DNA of 63,237 nucleotides, the filler included, from Folioceros fuciformis (taxonomy: Eukaryota): assembly GCA_049999805.1 (NCBI GenBank). It is 10 parts of 10 records of this genome, joined end to end, with 100 filler letters (N's around TTAATTAATTAA, not from the genome) between each part and the next. Parts side by side here need not be neighbours in the genome. Positions count along the whole stretch, not along the records: positions 14,439 to 25,072 come from JBNGIO010000976.1; positions 25,173 to 31,486 come from JBNGIO010000977.1; positions 31,587 to 34,359 come from JBNGIO010000978.1; positions 34,460 to 43,193 come from JBNGIO010000980.1; 6 more parts are not named here. One strand, written 5' to 3'. The notes under the pieces are model-generated. The model saw nothing but the letters and a program-made list of their open reading frames with translations, made no database searches and had not been told where the DNA came from. The translations under genes and the position numbers were made by a program. Shown piece by piece: positions 24,459-36,460 of this stretch; positions within the stretch are counted from its first letter, which is position 1; each line of letters opens with the position of its first letter.

Positions 24459-25172
24459 CTACGCAGCGGCGGAGATCGGCGAATCAAACCCAGACGCTCC
24501 GGCAAATGAAATCGAAATGAGCCACAAACCGCGCTGGAGTCTCTGGAGTTGCTTCAGCCGCTCTGCTCTCAATAAATACACAATTTCCTCACGACCTGCA
24601 CGCCGGCTACCCACTCTTCCACTCCAACCTTCTATGCAACCCACACTCGCCTCCTGCTCCCAGAACCTACACCGCTACAACCTGTACCCGCGGATCTGAG
24701 CAGATCACAACACAACCCCCTCGCTTTTCTTGAGCTGCGCCTTCCACCGCGCACCAGATTTATTGTCTCTACACGCCACCCAATAAACTTCTTCTTCAAA
24801 ACACGTCACTCAGGAAGCTCAGACCCCGCGGAAGCAAAAATTGTACCGCCGTCTTCCGAAGCTATCTGAAAAAAACCCCACACACTGGCATTAGCACCCG
24901 CCGCAAACACACACACTCGCGCTCTGCAACGCAGACGGCAGGTCGTTCGACCAAACCCACACAACCCATCAATCAAACTCCGCGGCCAGCAAAAACCCAC
25001 ACCCCAGCTCTCTCCCACCCCGCACCTGGATCCACCACCCACGACCACCCCCCGACACGCCACTCGCAGCCCNNNNNNNNNNNNNNNNNNNNNNNNNNNN
25101 NNNNNNNNNNNNNNNNTTAATTAATTAANNNNNNNNNNNNNNNNNNNNNNNNNNNNNNNNNNNNNNNNNNNN

Positions 25173-25961
25173 CGCTGGAGCGTTACAAGGCCAGGTTGGT
25201 TGCAAAGGGATATGCACAACAGTATGGTCTTGATTATGAGAAAACCTTTAGTCCAATAGCTAAGATGACTACTGTAAGGACAATCATAGCATTAGCAGCA
25301 GCTAAAGGATGGAAGTTATGGCAAATGGATGTCAAGAATGCTTTTTTGAATGGTGAGTTGCAGGAGGAAGTGTATGTGGAACAGCCTGAAGGCTATGTTC
25401 ATCCTAAGTTTCCAACATACGTATGCAAACTGAAGAAGGCATTGTATGGACTCAAATAGGCACCTAAAGCATGGAATGCTCGTATCACACACAAGATATT
25501 TGAAGGAGCGAGGGTTTGTGATTGGAGATGCAGATCATAGTCTGTTTGTAAAACAGACCAAGGTAGGACAAGTGTGTCTTGTCGTTTATGTTGACGACCT
25601 GATCATCACTGGACATGATGCAGATGGTATTGCAGATGTTAAGGCGAATCTGCAAAAAGAGTTCAAGGTGAAGGATCTTGGTGAACTCAGATACTTCTTA
25701 GGAATTGAGGTTGTGTCTACACCTCAAAGAATTGGGCTATTGCAAAAACAATATGCTAAGGATATGCTGCAGAAGTATGGCATGGTAGATTGCAAAGTGA
25801 TGGATACACCATTGGAGCAGAACGTCAAGCTGCAAATGGATGTAGGAACTGAGCTAGAAAATGTGACCATGTATCAACAGATGGTCGGAAGTTTGATCTA
25901 CTTGACTATCAGACGTCATGACTTAAGTTATGCAGTAGGACTGATTAGTCAATTTATGTAG
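25173..25961 (+). mobile_element. Ty1/copia reverse transcriptase fragment (degenerate)
   Basis: [29 protein letters not shown] and VYVDD motifs; contains a stop and a frameshift. Confidence 0.93.
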
Positions 25962-28726
25962 AATTCAAATTTGGTTGATGAGGAGGATGTCACACCAACC
26001 CTATTTAGCATTCAGAACTTGACTTTGATCTTGAACCAACCCTACGACATTCTACACGCCATAGGCCACCTCCAGACTAGTGGTTAGAACCCTATTATCA
26101 ATCCGTCGATTTTTGAACGTCTTCGGCAGTTTTTGGTGCTACTTAGAATATCCTCCTTGCTGGGGAACCCCTATCATACAAGGAAGCTCTTTGTGGCTCA
26201 GATTGCTCCAAGTGGCAGGCAGCAGTGGAGGATGAATACCAATCTTTGCTCAAGAACAAGGCTTGGCAAATCGCTAATCTCCCACCTGGACGCAAAGCCA
26301 TCTCTTGTAAGTGGGTTTTTAAACTTAAACTCAATGCCAAAGGAGAGATTGCCAGATACAAAGCCAAACTGGTGGCAAGAGGATTTACCCAGGTTGAGGG
26401 CCTAGATAACCAGGAAACATTCTCACCAGTTGTTTGAGCACAATCCATTTGCATACTGCTGGCTCTTGCAGCAGAGTTGAACCTTACTTACAACAAATGG
26501 ACGTGTGCACGACCTTCCTCTATGGAGACCCGGATGAAGACCTGTATATGGCACAGCCTGAAGGATATGAAGATCCTGAACATCCCACCAAAGTGCTTAA
26601 ACTTCTCAAGTGTATATATGGACTAAAACAAAGTGGTAGAATATGGTATATCACTATGCATATTTACCTGCTCAGTATATCCTTTGTCCAAAGCACAACA
26701 GACTCTAATGTTTACCGACTCATTCAAGGAAGCGGCTTTGTCATATTAGCCTTATATGTTAACAATGTCATTCTTGCCACAAACAGTAACACTCTATTAG
26801 TTTATGTTAAGCAAAAGCTAAGTACCAAGTTTGAGATGAAAGACATTGGAGAACTTAAATACTGTTTGGGAGTTCAAATCTTAAGGGTATGAGAGGAAGG
26901 GCTACTGATAGTTCATCAGCATGAATATATCAATAACATTTTGCGCAAGTTCAAACTTGATGAAGCTAGACCCTAAACTACTCCTTTATCTATGGGCGTG
27001 AAACTTACTTGTCTCCAGTGCCCACAATCCCAGGAGGAAATTAAGGACATGAAGGATGTCTCCTATAGGCATGCTATCGGCAATCTAATCTTCTTAGCAA
27101 ACTGGACAAGGCCAGATATCCACTATTCTGTAAGCACAATATCACAGTTTCTAGAGAATCCAGGAAGAGCGCATTGGGCTGTTGCCAAGCGGTTTTTCCG
27201 CTATCTCAAAGGAACCCACAACTATGGACTCTTCTATTAAAGGACTAGACAGCAGACACTCACCCTTAGGGGGTTCACGAATGAAGACTGGGCGTCGGAT
27301 AGTGATTCCTGAAAAAAGTCTCTCCACAACTGCTTCCTATTAACTTCTGCTGCTGTGAATTGGTCGTGTAAGAAGCAATCTTCCATAGCCCTGTCTTCCA
27401 CAGAAGCATAGTATAAATCATCGACAGATGCTTCAAAGGAGGCTGAATGGGAAAGGACCTTCCTTCATGACCTCGACTAGACCTAGCAGACACCTACCCC
27501 TATCATGTGTGATAACACGTCATCCTTAGCCCCTGTCACTAATCCACGTTTTCATGCCTGCACTAAACATATAGAATTTCAACATCACTACATTAGAAAT
27601 GTGGTGGAGTGCGGAGTCGTGAAGGTGGGTTATGTGCACATAGATTCTAACGTCGTGCTAACAAAAGGATTGGCAAAACATAAACACTACCAACATCTTT
27701 CAGGGCTAGGCTTGGACGACTATACCAAGTATTTTGGATAACTTATCTGTGGTGGGGTGGGGTGGGAACCCAAAGGTTCCCTTGGGAATTGTGTTGTGCC
27801 CTCAATCTTTCTTGAAGGCACACAGGAGCTGCTGACACCACACACATTTCTTGTTAGTGAAACAAAAGAGGGACAACCTTGCAGGGAGGATGAAGCTTAC
27901 CTTAAGATGTAATCTCCTGGCAACGCGATACTTCCTTCATATAGCAGGCTTCTCATCCTGCTCTTTGTCACTTGGCGGTGGTGCCCTGCCATCAGCCAGC
28001 ATAAGCTCCAGCTTTGTTATTCTTTCCATGGCCACCTTTAGCTTGGCAGCTAGGATTGGGGCCACATGTATGGAGTACCACATCACCGTTGGATGCTCTT
28101 GCTCCTCCGTCCTCTCTGCCCTCCTGACCCCTGGAAAAGGACCATGATTAGCTATGGCGAAGCTGTTGACACTGGCCACCAACTGTTCCAGTGTGAGACA
28201 TGGCATCCATGGTGGTGATTGCGAGCCGACAGTCAAATCCTTCTCATATATTCTCCTTCCTTTTTTTCCTTCTTTGATACACTTCAGGGCACTCGTAGCT
28301 CGTTCCCCCTCGAGTTCCCATGCTTTCAATTATCTGCGTGGAGTAGTGCTCGAGGATGACGATGCAAACGAAGCTGAGTTTAGAAATCGTAAAGAGGATG
28401 GTCAAGAGGATTCTTATGGCGGCGGTAGTTTACGCTAGGCTCACGCGTACTGGTACACTGGCAGTGTGAAGTCGGGCATAACGTTTTTAGAGCGGTGTGA
28501 AAGCATTTAACCTAACCTAGCTTACCTTTAGAGGGAGTGTTAAATATGAAAGGATGCTGCTAGTTAGGGTTGGTTACGTGAATCATTTTTTAGAGTTACA
28601 TATATAGTGAGGCCATATGTACCTTTTTGGACACACATTTTGTTTTATCAATTTACAAAAGTCTGATTTTTGCTCCTCGCAAAATAAACATGTTGAATTT
28701 GCGTCTTTCATCCCTAGTGTTCTACA
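25962..28726 (+). mobile_element. 3' half of a Ty1/copia element (family with FLANWTRPDI): RT, RNase H, about 0.75-kb extra 3' region, PPT (about 28530-28537) and 3' LTR (about 28538-28726)
   Basis: CKWVFKLK..RYKAKLVARGF, YGLKQSGR, NWTRPDI and KHIEFQHHYIR motifs; agagggag followed by TGTTAA...TCTACA. Confidence 0.85.
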
Positions 28727-28729
28727 CTT

Positions 28730-31370
28730 TCTAGGATGTATCTAGGCTGAGTTAAGGTAATGACTCTCTTTTCTCTATTTCTCTATATGTAGATTCCTAA
28801 GCAACTCTGCAGTGGACCGAGATTAGACATCTCAAATTTCTTTGCTAACAAATTAGTTATTGTGGTGATGTAGGGCTAATTGTTACTGGAAAATATTAAG
28901 TCATCAACATATACTGCTAAATAGCACATTACATCATCTTTGATGTACGCATAAAGGCTTCCATCTGCTTGACTTTTGTGAAAGCCTAAGATGAGGAGCT
29001 CTTCATCCAAAATTGCATTCCATTCCTTTGCTGACTGCTTGAGTCCATACACGATTTTGATCAATTTACAGGCTAAGTGTTCTTTGCCTTCCACTTCATA
29101 GCTTGGAGGTTGTTGCATAGAGATCTCATTATCCAACTTGCCATTTAAGAAAGTTGTCTTTACATCAAACATTTGTAATTCATAGTTCTTGTGAGCAGCA
29201 ATAGCGCAAAGTGTTCTCAAAGTTGCTAACTTAGAAACAGGTGCATATGTTTCCATATAATCAAGGCCTCGTACTTGTGAAAAACCACGTGCAACCAATC
29301 GTGCCTTATATCTATCAAAGGTTCCATCAGCCTTAACCTTTAATTTAAACACCCATTTGTAGGATACTAACTTTCTACCAGGAGGTAAGTGTGCTGATTC
29401 CCAAGTTCTATTTTTAATGAGGGAGTCGTACTCTAACTATATAGCTTGTTCCCATTGTGGCCAGTTTGGCCTTCTAAGAGCTTCTTCTAAGCTAGATGGA
29501 TTAGGAGGAAGAGAATGGGAGACAGAGGAGTTAGAGTGACGAAAATCAAGAGAATAATAATAATCAGGGGCATGCCTCTTCCGAGTAGGGTACCTACAAT
29601 GTGGGTTTGGTGAAGGTTCTTGTTCTTGTGTAGAATCATCTTGAGCTATGACATCTAGAGGGTCATCAACAGAACCATAATTAATAGAAATTGGAAGTTC
29701 ATCATGCAAACCTTCTAACTCTAAAGTATCAGAAGTAGGTTGAGGAGGGGCTTCCTCCTCTACAGGATCAAGTTCTAGAGTCGAGTCTAAGGACTGATGT
29801 GGAGTAGGGCCAAAATGTGTGATAGGAAGAAGGTGAAAACGATCATCCTCATTTTCATCAGTAATAGGAGTCGCATTAGCTCCCACTGAAACCCAAGTTC
29901 AACTCTCATGAAAGGTAACATTTCGAGCATAAATAACTTTTTTTTTTAGTACATAATATAATTTGTAAGCCTTAATGCCTTCTGTGTACCCTAACATGAG
30001 AAGTTTCTTGGATTTAGAAGAGAACTTCTTTTGTTTCTCCTTAGATATAGAAGCATAAGCAATGCAACCGAAGATCCTCAAGTGCTGGATCGAGGGCATG
30101 CTATCTGTAAAGACTTCATAGGAGGTCATACCAATGATCGAAGTTGAAGGCAATCGATCCTTAAGGTAAGTAGATGTCATGAGGGCTTGAGCCCAATAGG
30201 AGAGAGGCAATTGTGCATGATGGAGCAAGGATGCTATTGTCTCTTGCAAATTCAAGTTCAACCTCTCGGCCACTCCTTTTTTTCTGCGGAGTGTAGACAA
30301 CTATGAGTTGCCTCCCAATGCCTTCATCAATATAGAATGATTGAAATTCCTTGGAGGTAAACTCCCCTCATTATCTTATCTGAGAATTTTGAGTTGTTTA
30401 CCTGTTCATCTCTCAGCATGTTTAAGGTATTCCTTAAAATGATGGAAGCAATCACTCTTATGCTTTGATATATATATGGTAACGAAAAATGTTTTGTCAT
30501 ATGTATATATCAAAAAACATTTACCACCTCCTTGGGAAAGGGGTTCACATATATCAGGGTGTACAAGCTCAAAAACCTCAGCAGCACAATGTGGAGCCTT
30601 GTTCTTGAATGATGCTTAATGCCCCTTCAAAAGGACACAATTCAAAGATGGGTAATGAGGTAAGATTGCCTATTGGCCCATCTCTATAAAGATCACTAGT
30701 GGCAATATGTTGAAGCTTTCCACTATGTGAGTGACCAAGTCTAGCGTGCCACAACTGTGTCTTTGCGACTTGCTGTGTAGAGGCTAATGTTGTATTGTAA
30801 AAAGAGATGTACTCTTGTTCACTATTATTGAGATGTAAACGAAAGAGGTCTCTGTTTGAGGAACTAGTGGCAAGTATTTTCTTGTAGTCTAAGAAATCGA
30901 TTACTTGAAACTCTAATGTGGTGAATAATGCATATCTATTATTATCTGCATTGAGATAGATATGGGATTTCTTGTCATGTCAAAAACATAATATACATCT
31001 AGGAGTTGTAGGACAGCTCCATAAGAGACAAACAACTTCATAGTTCCTTGACTATGTGACTTCAAAGAACTGTCATCACCAAGGTACACATATTGATCTA
31101 CAACTTATTTGCAAGTGTCTTATGTGTTTCTATCGAAACTCATATGGGTTGTAGCACTAGTGTCTAGATGCCATTTAGGATGTCCTTTAAAATCTGGTTT
31201 TGCCGATAGATTGGTTGGAAGCAAGAGGGTATGTGCAAACTCCTTGGTCCCAACAGTGAGGGCTGCTGGAGTTGCTTTCTTCTTCACAACAACATTGGTT
31301 CAGTGCTGGTAGATCCTTCCTTGCGAGGGACACCAACTTGCTTCTTCCTATACTCATGTTCTGTTAAACC
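28730..31370 (-). mobile_element. Degenerate Ty1/copia pol (protease, integrase, RT)
   Basis: WHLDTSATTHM (protease), WHARLGH, GVAERLN..HLRIFGC (integrase), [22 protein letters not shown] (RT), in copia domain order. Confidence 0.9.
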
Positions 31371-31586
31371 CCATTAGAAATGACCTGCTGGTGTTGTATA
31401 TAACCACGGTCACGGGTTAAGTAATTAGGGTTGTATAAAGAAAGGTCACTTAGAGTTAAACAACTTATGTATATAAGACACTCTTTNNNNNNNNNNNNNN
31501 NNNNNNNNNNNNNNNNNNNNNNNNNNNNNNTTAATTAATTAANNNNNNNNNNNNNNNNNNNNNNNNNNNNNNNNNNNNNNNNNNNN

Positions 31587-32040
31587 CAGACTTGTGCGCG
31601 ATGTGATTCAAGTGCTCAGTGGCGACCTTAGACAATATCTCATACCCCTCAGCGATCCGAATGGGGTGGATGCCCCGATCTAGTAGCTCTTCCACCTGCT
31701 CCAAGAGTGTATCTGCTGTAACTACAACCCCAGTTGTGTCGTCACCAATCTCAAAATCCTGACTTTTCGAAAGCTCGACCATCAGCTTCCCAATTTGATT
31801 CTCAACCTCCATCTGCTCAAGTATTGTAGCCCCATCATTTGTCATAGTGACATCGCCGTCCGGGCTCTGCAGCATCTTGTCCATGCCCTTGGGGCCGAGC
31901 TAGGTTCTCAGAATCTTGGCCACGAAACGAGCTGCCAAAATGTTGGCCTTTTGGGCATCCAATCCTTGCAGGCGAGCCTTTTGCTCCTGCTCCCGCAAGA
32001 TGATGAAAGGCCGCCCAAACTCATCGAAAGCGAGCGCCAT
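31587..32040 (-). pseudogene. CCT5: CCT5 (T-complex protein 1 epsilon) pseudogene, 5' part, intronless
   Basis: [18 protein letters not shown]...[31 protein letters not shown]. Premature TAG at 31902-31900 and GDGTT changed to GDDTT. Confidence 0.9.
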
Positions 32041-32814
32041 CCTACTCCCTCACTGAAGCCGGCAAGAGCTTCACGTCCCGCACCTCCCACCTCTAGAGGA
32101 ATACGCACCGACGTCCAAATCCTGTGGTTCTTTATGCTAACTTATCCCACAGACAGAGCACATGGGGAACTCTAGCCCCAGCCACCTGCTCACCCAGGCT
32201 AACCGGCATGCCAGCTTGCTATGACTAGGACCCTTGCCCAGCCGGATGGATTCGGCCTCCTGGCTGGCTGGATCCGCCAGCATCTCGATCTTGCTCATCG
32301 ACCAGCCAGTCAATCTACCTGACCCTTTGTCTGCAAACTAGCCTCGTACAGCTGCATCTTGAGGAACTCCCGGGATGCAGGCGCCAAATCAACACAGTCT
32401 CTGCTTAGGACCCTTCCTTCCACAACCTACGCCGCTTCCTTCACGGTCACCCCCGAATGGGAGGGAACGAGACCTGGTCCCCAAAGATCGAGAGCTCACA
32501 TCACTTAATGCTAAAGCAACACCTCCCGACTCAAAAGCGTAGGACGAGGGGCAAAGTTCATATCTCGAATGTTCTTGTCAATGTGTGTTTGCAACTATTG
32601 AAGACTCTCTTCATCAAACGATGTTCCTTGGCCTTTGGTGAAACAAGAAAATTTTGGATTTCTATGAAACAATAAATTTTGGGCAGAGGTTTAGTTTAGT
32701 AAAAAAAGGGGTCAAATGCAGCTTAGTAAGGTTTTTTTTGTGTGTTATTTTCTTTTGATTTTTCCCCTTTTTACTGTCAAACGGCCTAATTTACAAAATC
32801 TAAAGACTGTATAC

Positions 32815-33631
32815 AAAAAACGAGATAGAAGTTCCATCTATCCCATGACAAGGGAAACAACCCACAATGAGGAAAAGCCAAAAATGGGGATATAACCCCC
32901 TCGTCTACCTAGCCTGTAACTCCCTATCGCCCCTAAGATGTTTCATTCATGTATAAGGTATGGCCTACTTACTACTAGGGCCGCTGAAAATGCATCCACC
33001 GCGCTTGATGTTGTCCAAAAAATTGCGTTTGCCAAAGCCTTTTGTAGCGCAATCGAAACCTATTGCTGGAAAAATGCAACCACGCCGGATAGGGGAAGCC
33101 CTACACCGCTCCTGTTGACGTGATGGGCCTTTGCGTAGGTCTTCAAAAACCTGGAAAAATCCTTACCCATGGCCCCATGCATTTCAATAGCAAGGGGGAT
33201 GAACAAGTGGCCCTGCTACATGGGCCTGTACTTGCAAGTCTTCCTTGTCGCACTTCCTTCTGCTGCCCAACTCGGGGAGTTGATAACGATGTGCTCGCTG
33301 ATGGTTGTTTGAGTGGGGTCTATGACCACCACGTCCGCTATAGAAACCTGGTTCCCCTTGGTCAGGAAAAGGTCTGCAATGATGGAGACGTTGTTTAGCA
33401 AGGTATATGGGCGCTCTTTATAGGGGAAGAAGCCACCCTCCTTGGCCCAAAAAAACATAACCTCCCTCACTGCATTATGGGTAGTGATGCACTGGCCGCC
33501 GATAGAGCAACGATCCAAGTGGCTCCCCGGGTCATCGAGGGGGACCCCACAACTATAAGAAAATGTCAATAGAATCGACTCCAGTCTATGTGCAAGTGTA
33601 GGAGAGGAGAGGAGAGAAGAGGAGAGGGTGG
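32815..33631 (-). mobile_element. 3' part of a CRE-like non-LTR retrotransposon: zinc knuckle + restriction-like endonuclease + 3' end
   Basis: SCGVPLDDPGSHLDRCSIGG..THNAVREV, E..ADL..IADVVVIDP, K.CKY, FIP.AIE.HG.MG, VSIALQKALANAI; shared 3'-terminal motif near 32815-32865. Confidence 0.8.
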
Positions 33632-34359
33632 TATTGGTGGTCACAACCAAAAACAATACACATCACCACTGTCTTACTATGAAGGTCCAAGGTCTCCATT
33701 TAAGTAGTACATTTAGGGGTACACAACTTCAAGGTTCAGTATGGGATAATCTACACTATCCTAAGTGCCCCTTTACATACTATCAAATCCACAACTTAAT
33801 TGGTTCATTAATAACTAGAACTAGTCCAGTGTGAACCCAACCGGGATAACTAACACTACATGAGTTTAGCTCATATAGAGCTAGATAACTCAATACTCCC
33901 CCTCGAGCTCAACATAGCATCTGTATGCCTAACATAGCTCGGAATTTCTTCAGCTTCTCTGCTCCCATTGGCTCACTAAATATATCGGCTATCTGGTCGT
34001 CTGTGTTGAGATACACAAGATTAATAGCTCCAGATAAAATCCTTTCTCGAAGAAAATGATAATGTACCTCAATGTGTTTCATCCTGGCATGAATTTTTGG
34101 GTTTTGTGCCAACTGTATGCTGCTAAGATTGTCATAGTAGATAACAACCTTGTGGTTGACCTGCAATCCATAATCTCCGAGTAACTTACAAATCCAAGTC
34201 ACTTCACACGCTGTCATTGCTGCGCCTCTATATTCAGCGTTTGTACTAGACAAAGCCACTTTAGGTTGCTTCTTGCTACTCCATGTTATTGCTGCACTCC
34301 CAAGTGAAAATATGAATCCACTTGTAGATCTACAATCAGTAACACTGCCTGCCCAATCT
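33632..34359 (-). mobile_element. Ty1/copia 3' end: RNase H (to 33909), PPT (33896-33904) and 3' LTR (33632-33895), abutting the CRE-like element
   Basis: DWAGSVTD, ALSSTNAEY and KHIEVHYHFLRE motifs; gagggggag PPT; LTR bounded by TATTG...CAATA. Confidence 0.85.
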
Positions 34360-35509
34360 NNNNNNNNNNNNNNNNNNNNNNNNNNNNNNNNNNNNNNNNN
34401 NNNTTAATTAATTAANNNNNNNNNNNNNNNNNNNNNNNNNNNNNNNNNNNNNNNNNNNNTATAATGAAACATATTTTTTTCCCAAAAAACCATACCTAAG
34501 GACTGACTTCAAGATGATGCCATAAATATCCAAATATAATCTCATCATGATATTAAGACTTGTCCCTTTATTCTAGAGAAAACTTGTTAATAATCATATC
34601 CAAGAGGAAATCCTATATAAGTAACTATTGGAAAGAAGTACACATTCGCCATACTCTGAGAAATGTAATATGGCCACAAATGTATTATACTAATATATAC
34701 ATATCATCCATGGTTGAAGCAATCATGTGGACTTAGCTCTATCTTTAGTCCTTTTTCTTAATCAACATAATTGTATCATGATCAAATAAATGCAATCATA
34801 TGGACTTTAACTATGTCTTTGTCTATTTTCTTTTGTTATAGTTCTCTATTTTTGTACACATTGACCTTTGGAATGTGTGGTCTTAGATTTGCTAACAATA
34901 GTATTAGTAATAATAACATGTTGATCATGTTCTTTTTTTAATCAGTGAATGAATGGGTCATTTATATGTTTGTATTGTACATTATTTCTTCCTTCACCGT
35001 TTACAAAATAAATGGAACTAGCTTAACCATCATAACGCATCACTGTTGACCCTCTTAGATTATTTCTCACTTATACACCTGGCCTATTTATGGACAATGC
35101 ATATATTTCCAAATGATAGGGAGTAACATGCAAAAATGGGAGGTAGTATGCATTTTGTTATGTCCCCCTAGATTTTGATTGTGAATAATTAAGAAGCTCA
35201 AAGAGTGACACTTATGGAGCTAGTCATGCAAGTCCACAATGTAGTGTGGAGAAGTTCGAAGTCATTCGGCATGCAAGTCTAAATTGATAGCGTAAAGATG
35301 TCCATGTCATTTCGCATCTACAATATGCCTACAACTTTCATTAGGCAACCTAACTAGAAAATCATAAGACATACAAATGATAGTAGAGACACCATAGAGA
35401 AGAGGGCTAATGCTCCGTCTAAAATAAATGTTTAAAGAAGTTTAAGGGACACCCTGTAATATACTAACTAGGAAATCATGAGACATGTTGTGTTGTGTCT
35501 CAGACATGG

Positions 35510-35609
35510 ACTATTATTATTTTCTATTATTGAAAAAGAGATAGAAAGTTCCATCTACTCCAAAGATTGGCGGAACAACTCGAGCAGGACCAAAGGACAA
35601 AAGGGGGTA
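35510..35609 (-). mobile_element. Short 3'-end fragment of the CRE-like family
   Basis: attattgaaaaagagatagaaagttccatctactccaaagattggcggaacaac matches the termini at 483-550, 32815 and 45080. Confidence 0.7.
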
Positions 35610-36090
35610 TGTTGCGGCGTCTAGCCGCATAGCTGGCATGGCCACCCCTTCTCATTTCTAGCCTATTTAAGTAACTGCTACAACATAGCTGATCCCAACA
35701 ATTGATAACACTATGATGAACATCCTTATTTACTTCATTCGCCTTTGATCGACTTAGTCATCCCGCTGCACATTCTCTGGGATTCCCGTTCTGGCCACTG
35801 CCATCAATGAACACACCAGCCAAATCCACCTTAGCTGCGCCTCTACGCACCCCAAATGAAGCGCCGCCTCACACTAACTCCACCTACCACAAAATCTGGT
35901 CCTATTGACCCTATGACTTGCTATCTTTAATCAGTCTTTGCTGGGCTATTCCCATGCGAAACATGCAGCCCTCACCATGCCATGACAACTGTCGCGCTGT
36001 CTAGCTGTATAGCTGGCATGACCACCCCTTCTTGTTTCTAGCCTATTTAAGTAACTACTACAACCAAGATGATCCCAGCAGTTAACAATA
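35610..36090. mobile_element. TRIM-like miniature element: two 101-bp direct repeats (35610-35710, 35990-36090) around a 279-bp non-coding core
   Basis: Both repeats start TGT(T/C)GCG and share tctagcctatttaagtaact. Canonical PBS, PPT and 5-bp TSD are not clearly seen. Confidence 0.55.
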
Positions 36091-36460
36091 GTACGACCCC
36101 CCTATCCACAGTCGGTCCTATACTTATCTAGGGATGGGTTGTGCACATTGTTCCCCATGTGCCTACACACCTACCAAGCACCCATGTTTGTTTATCAACG
36201 GAAGACTTAGACAGAAAACAAAAGTGTTGTTGTAATAATACCAATGTTCAAACAAATTGTGTATATACTTTGTTTGTATCGGCAACCCTAAGGGTGTGAC
36301 CCTTGGGTATATAACCTAAGCAGGTGAAACTATTAATTACTGATTAACCCTAACACTCTCTCTTAACCTGCAAGGTTTAAAAGTGAAGCTCAAGAGCTAA
36401 GAACTGAAGCACGACTCACACGAATTCCAGCTTGCACCGCGTTTCCTCGAGAAAGGCGCT

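Noticed and set aside
32180-32480. Protein-like minus-strand fragment upstream of the CCT5 pseudogene
   Set aside because: Interrupted by stops and not assignable to a family by eye.
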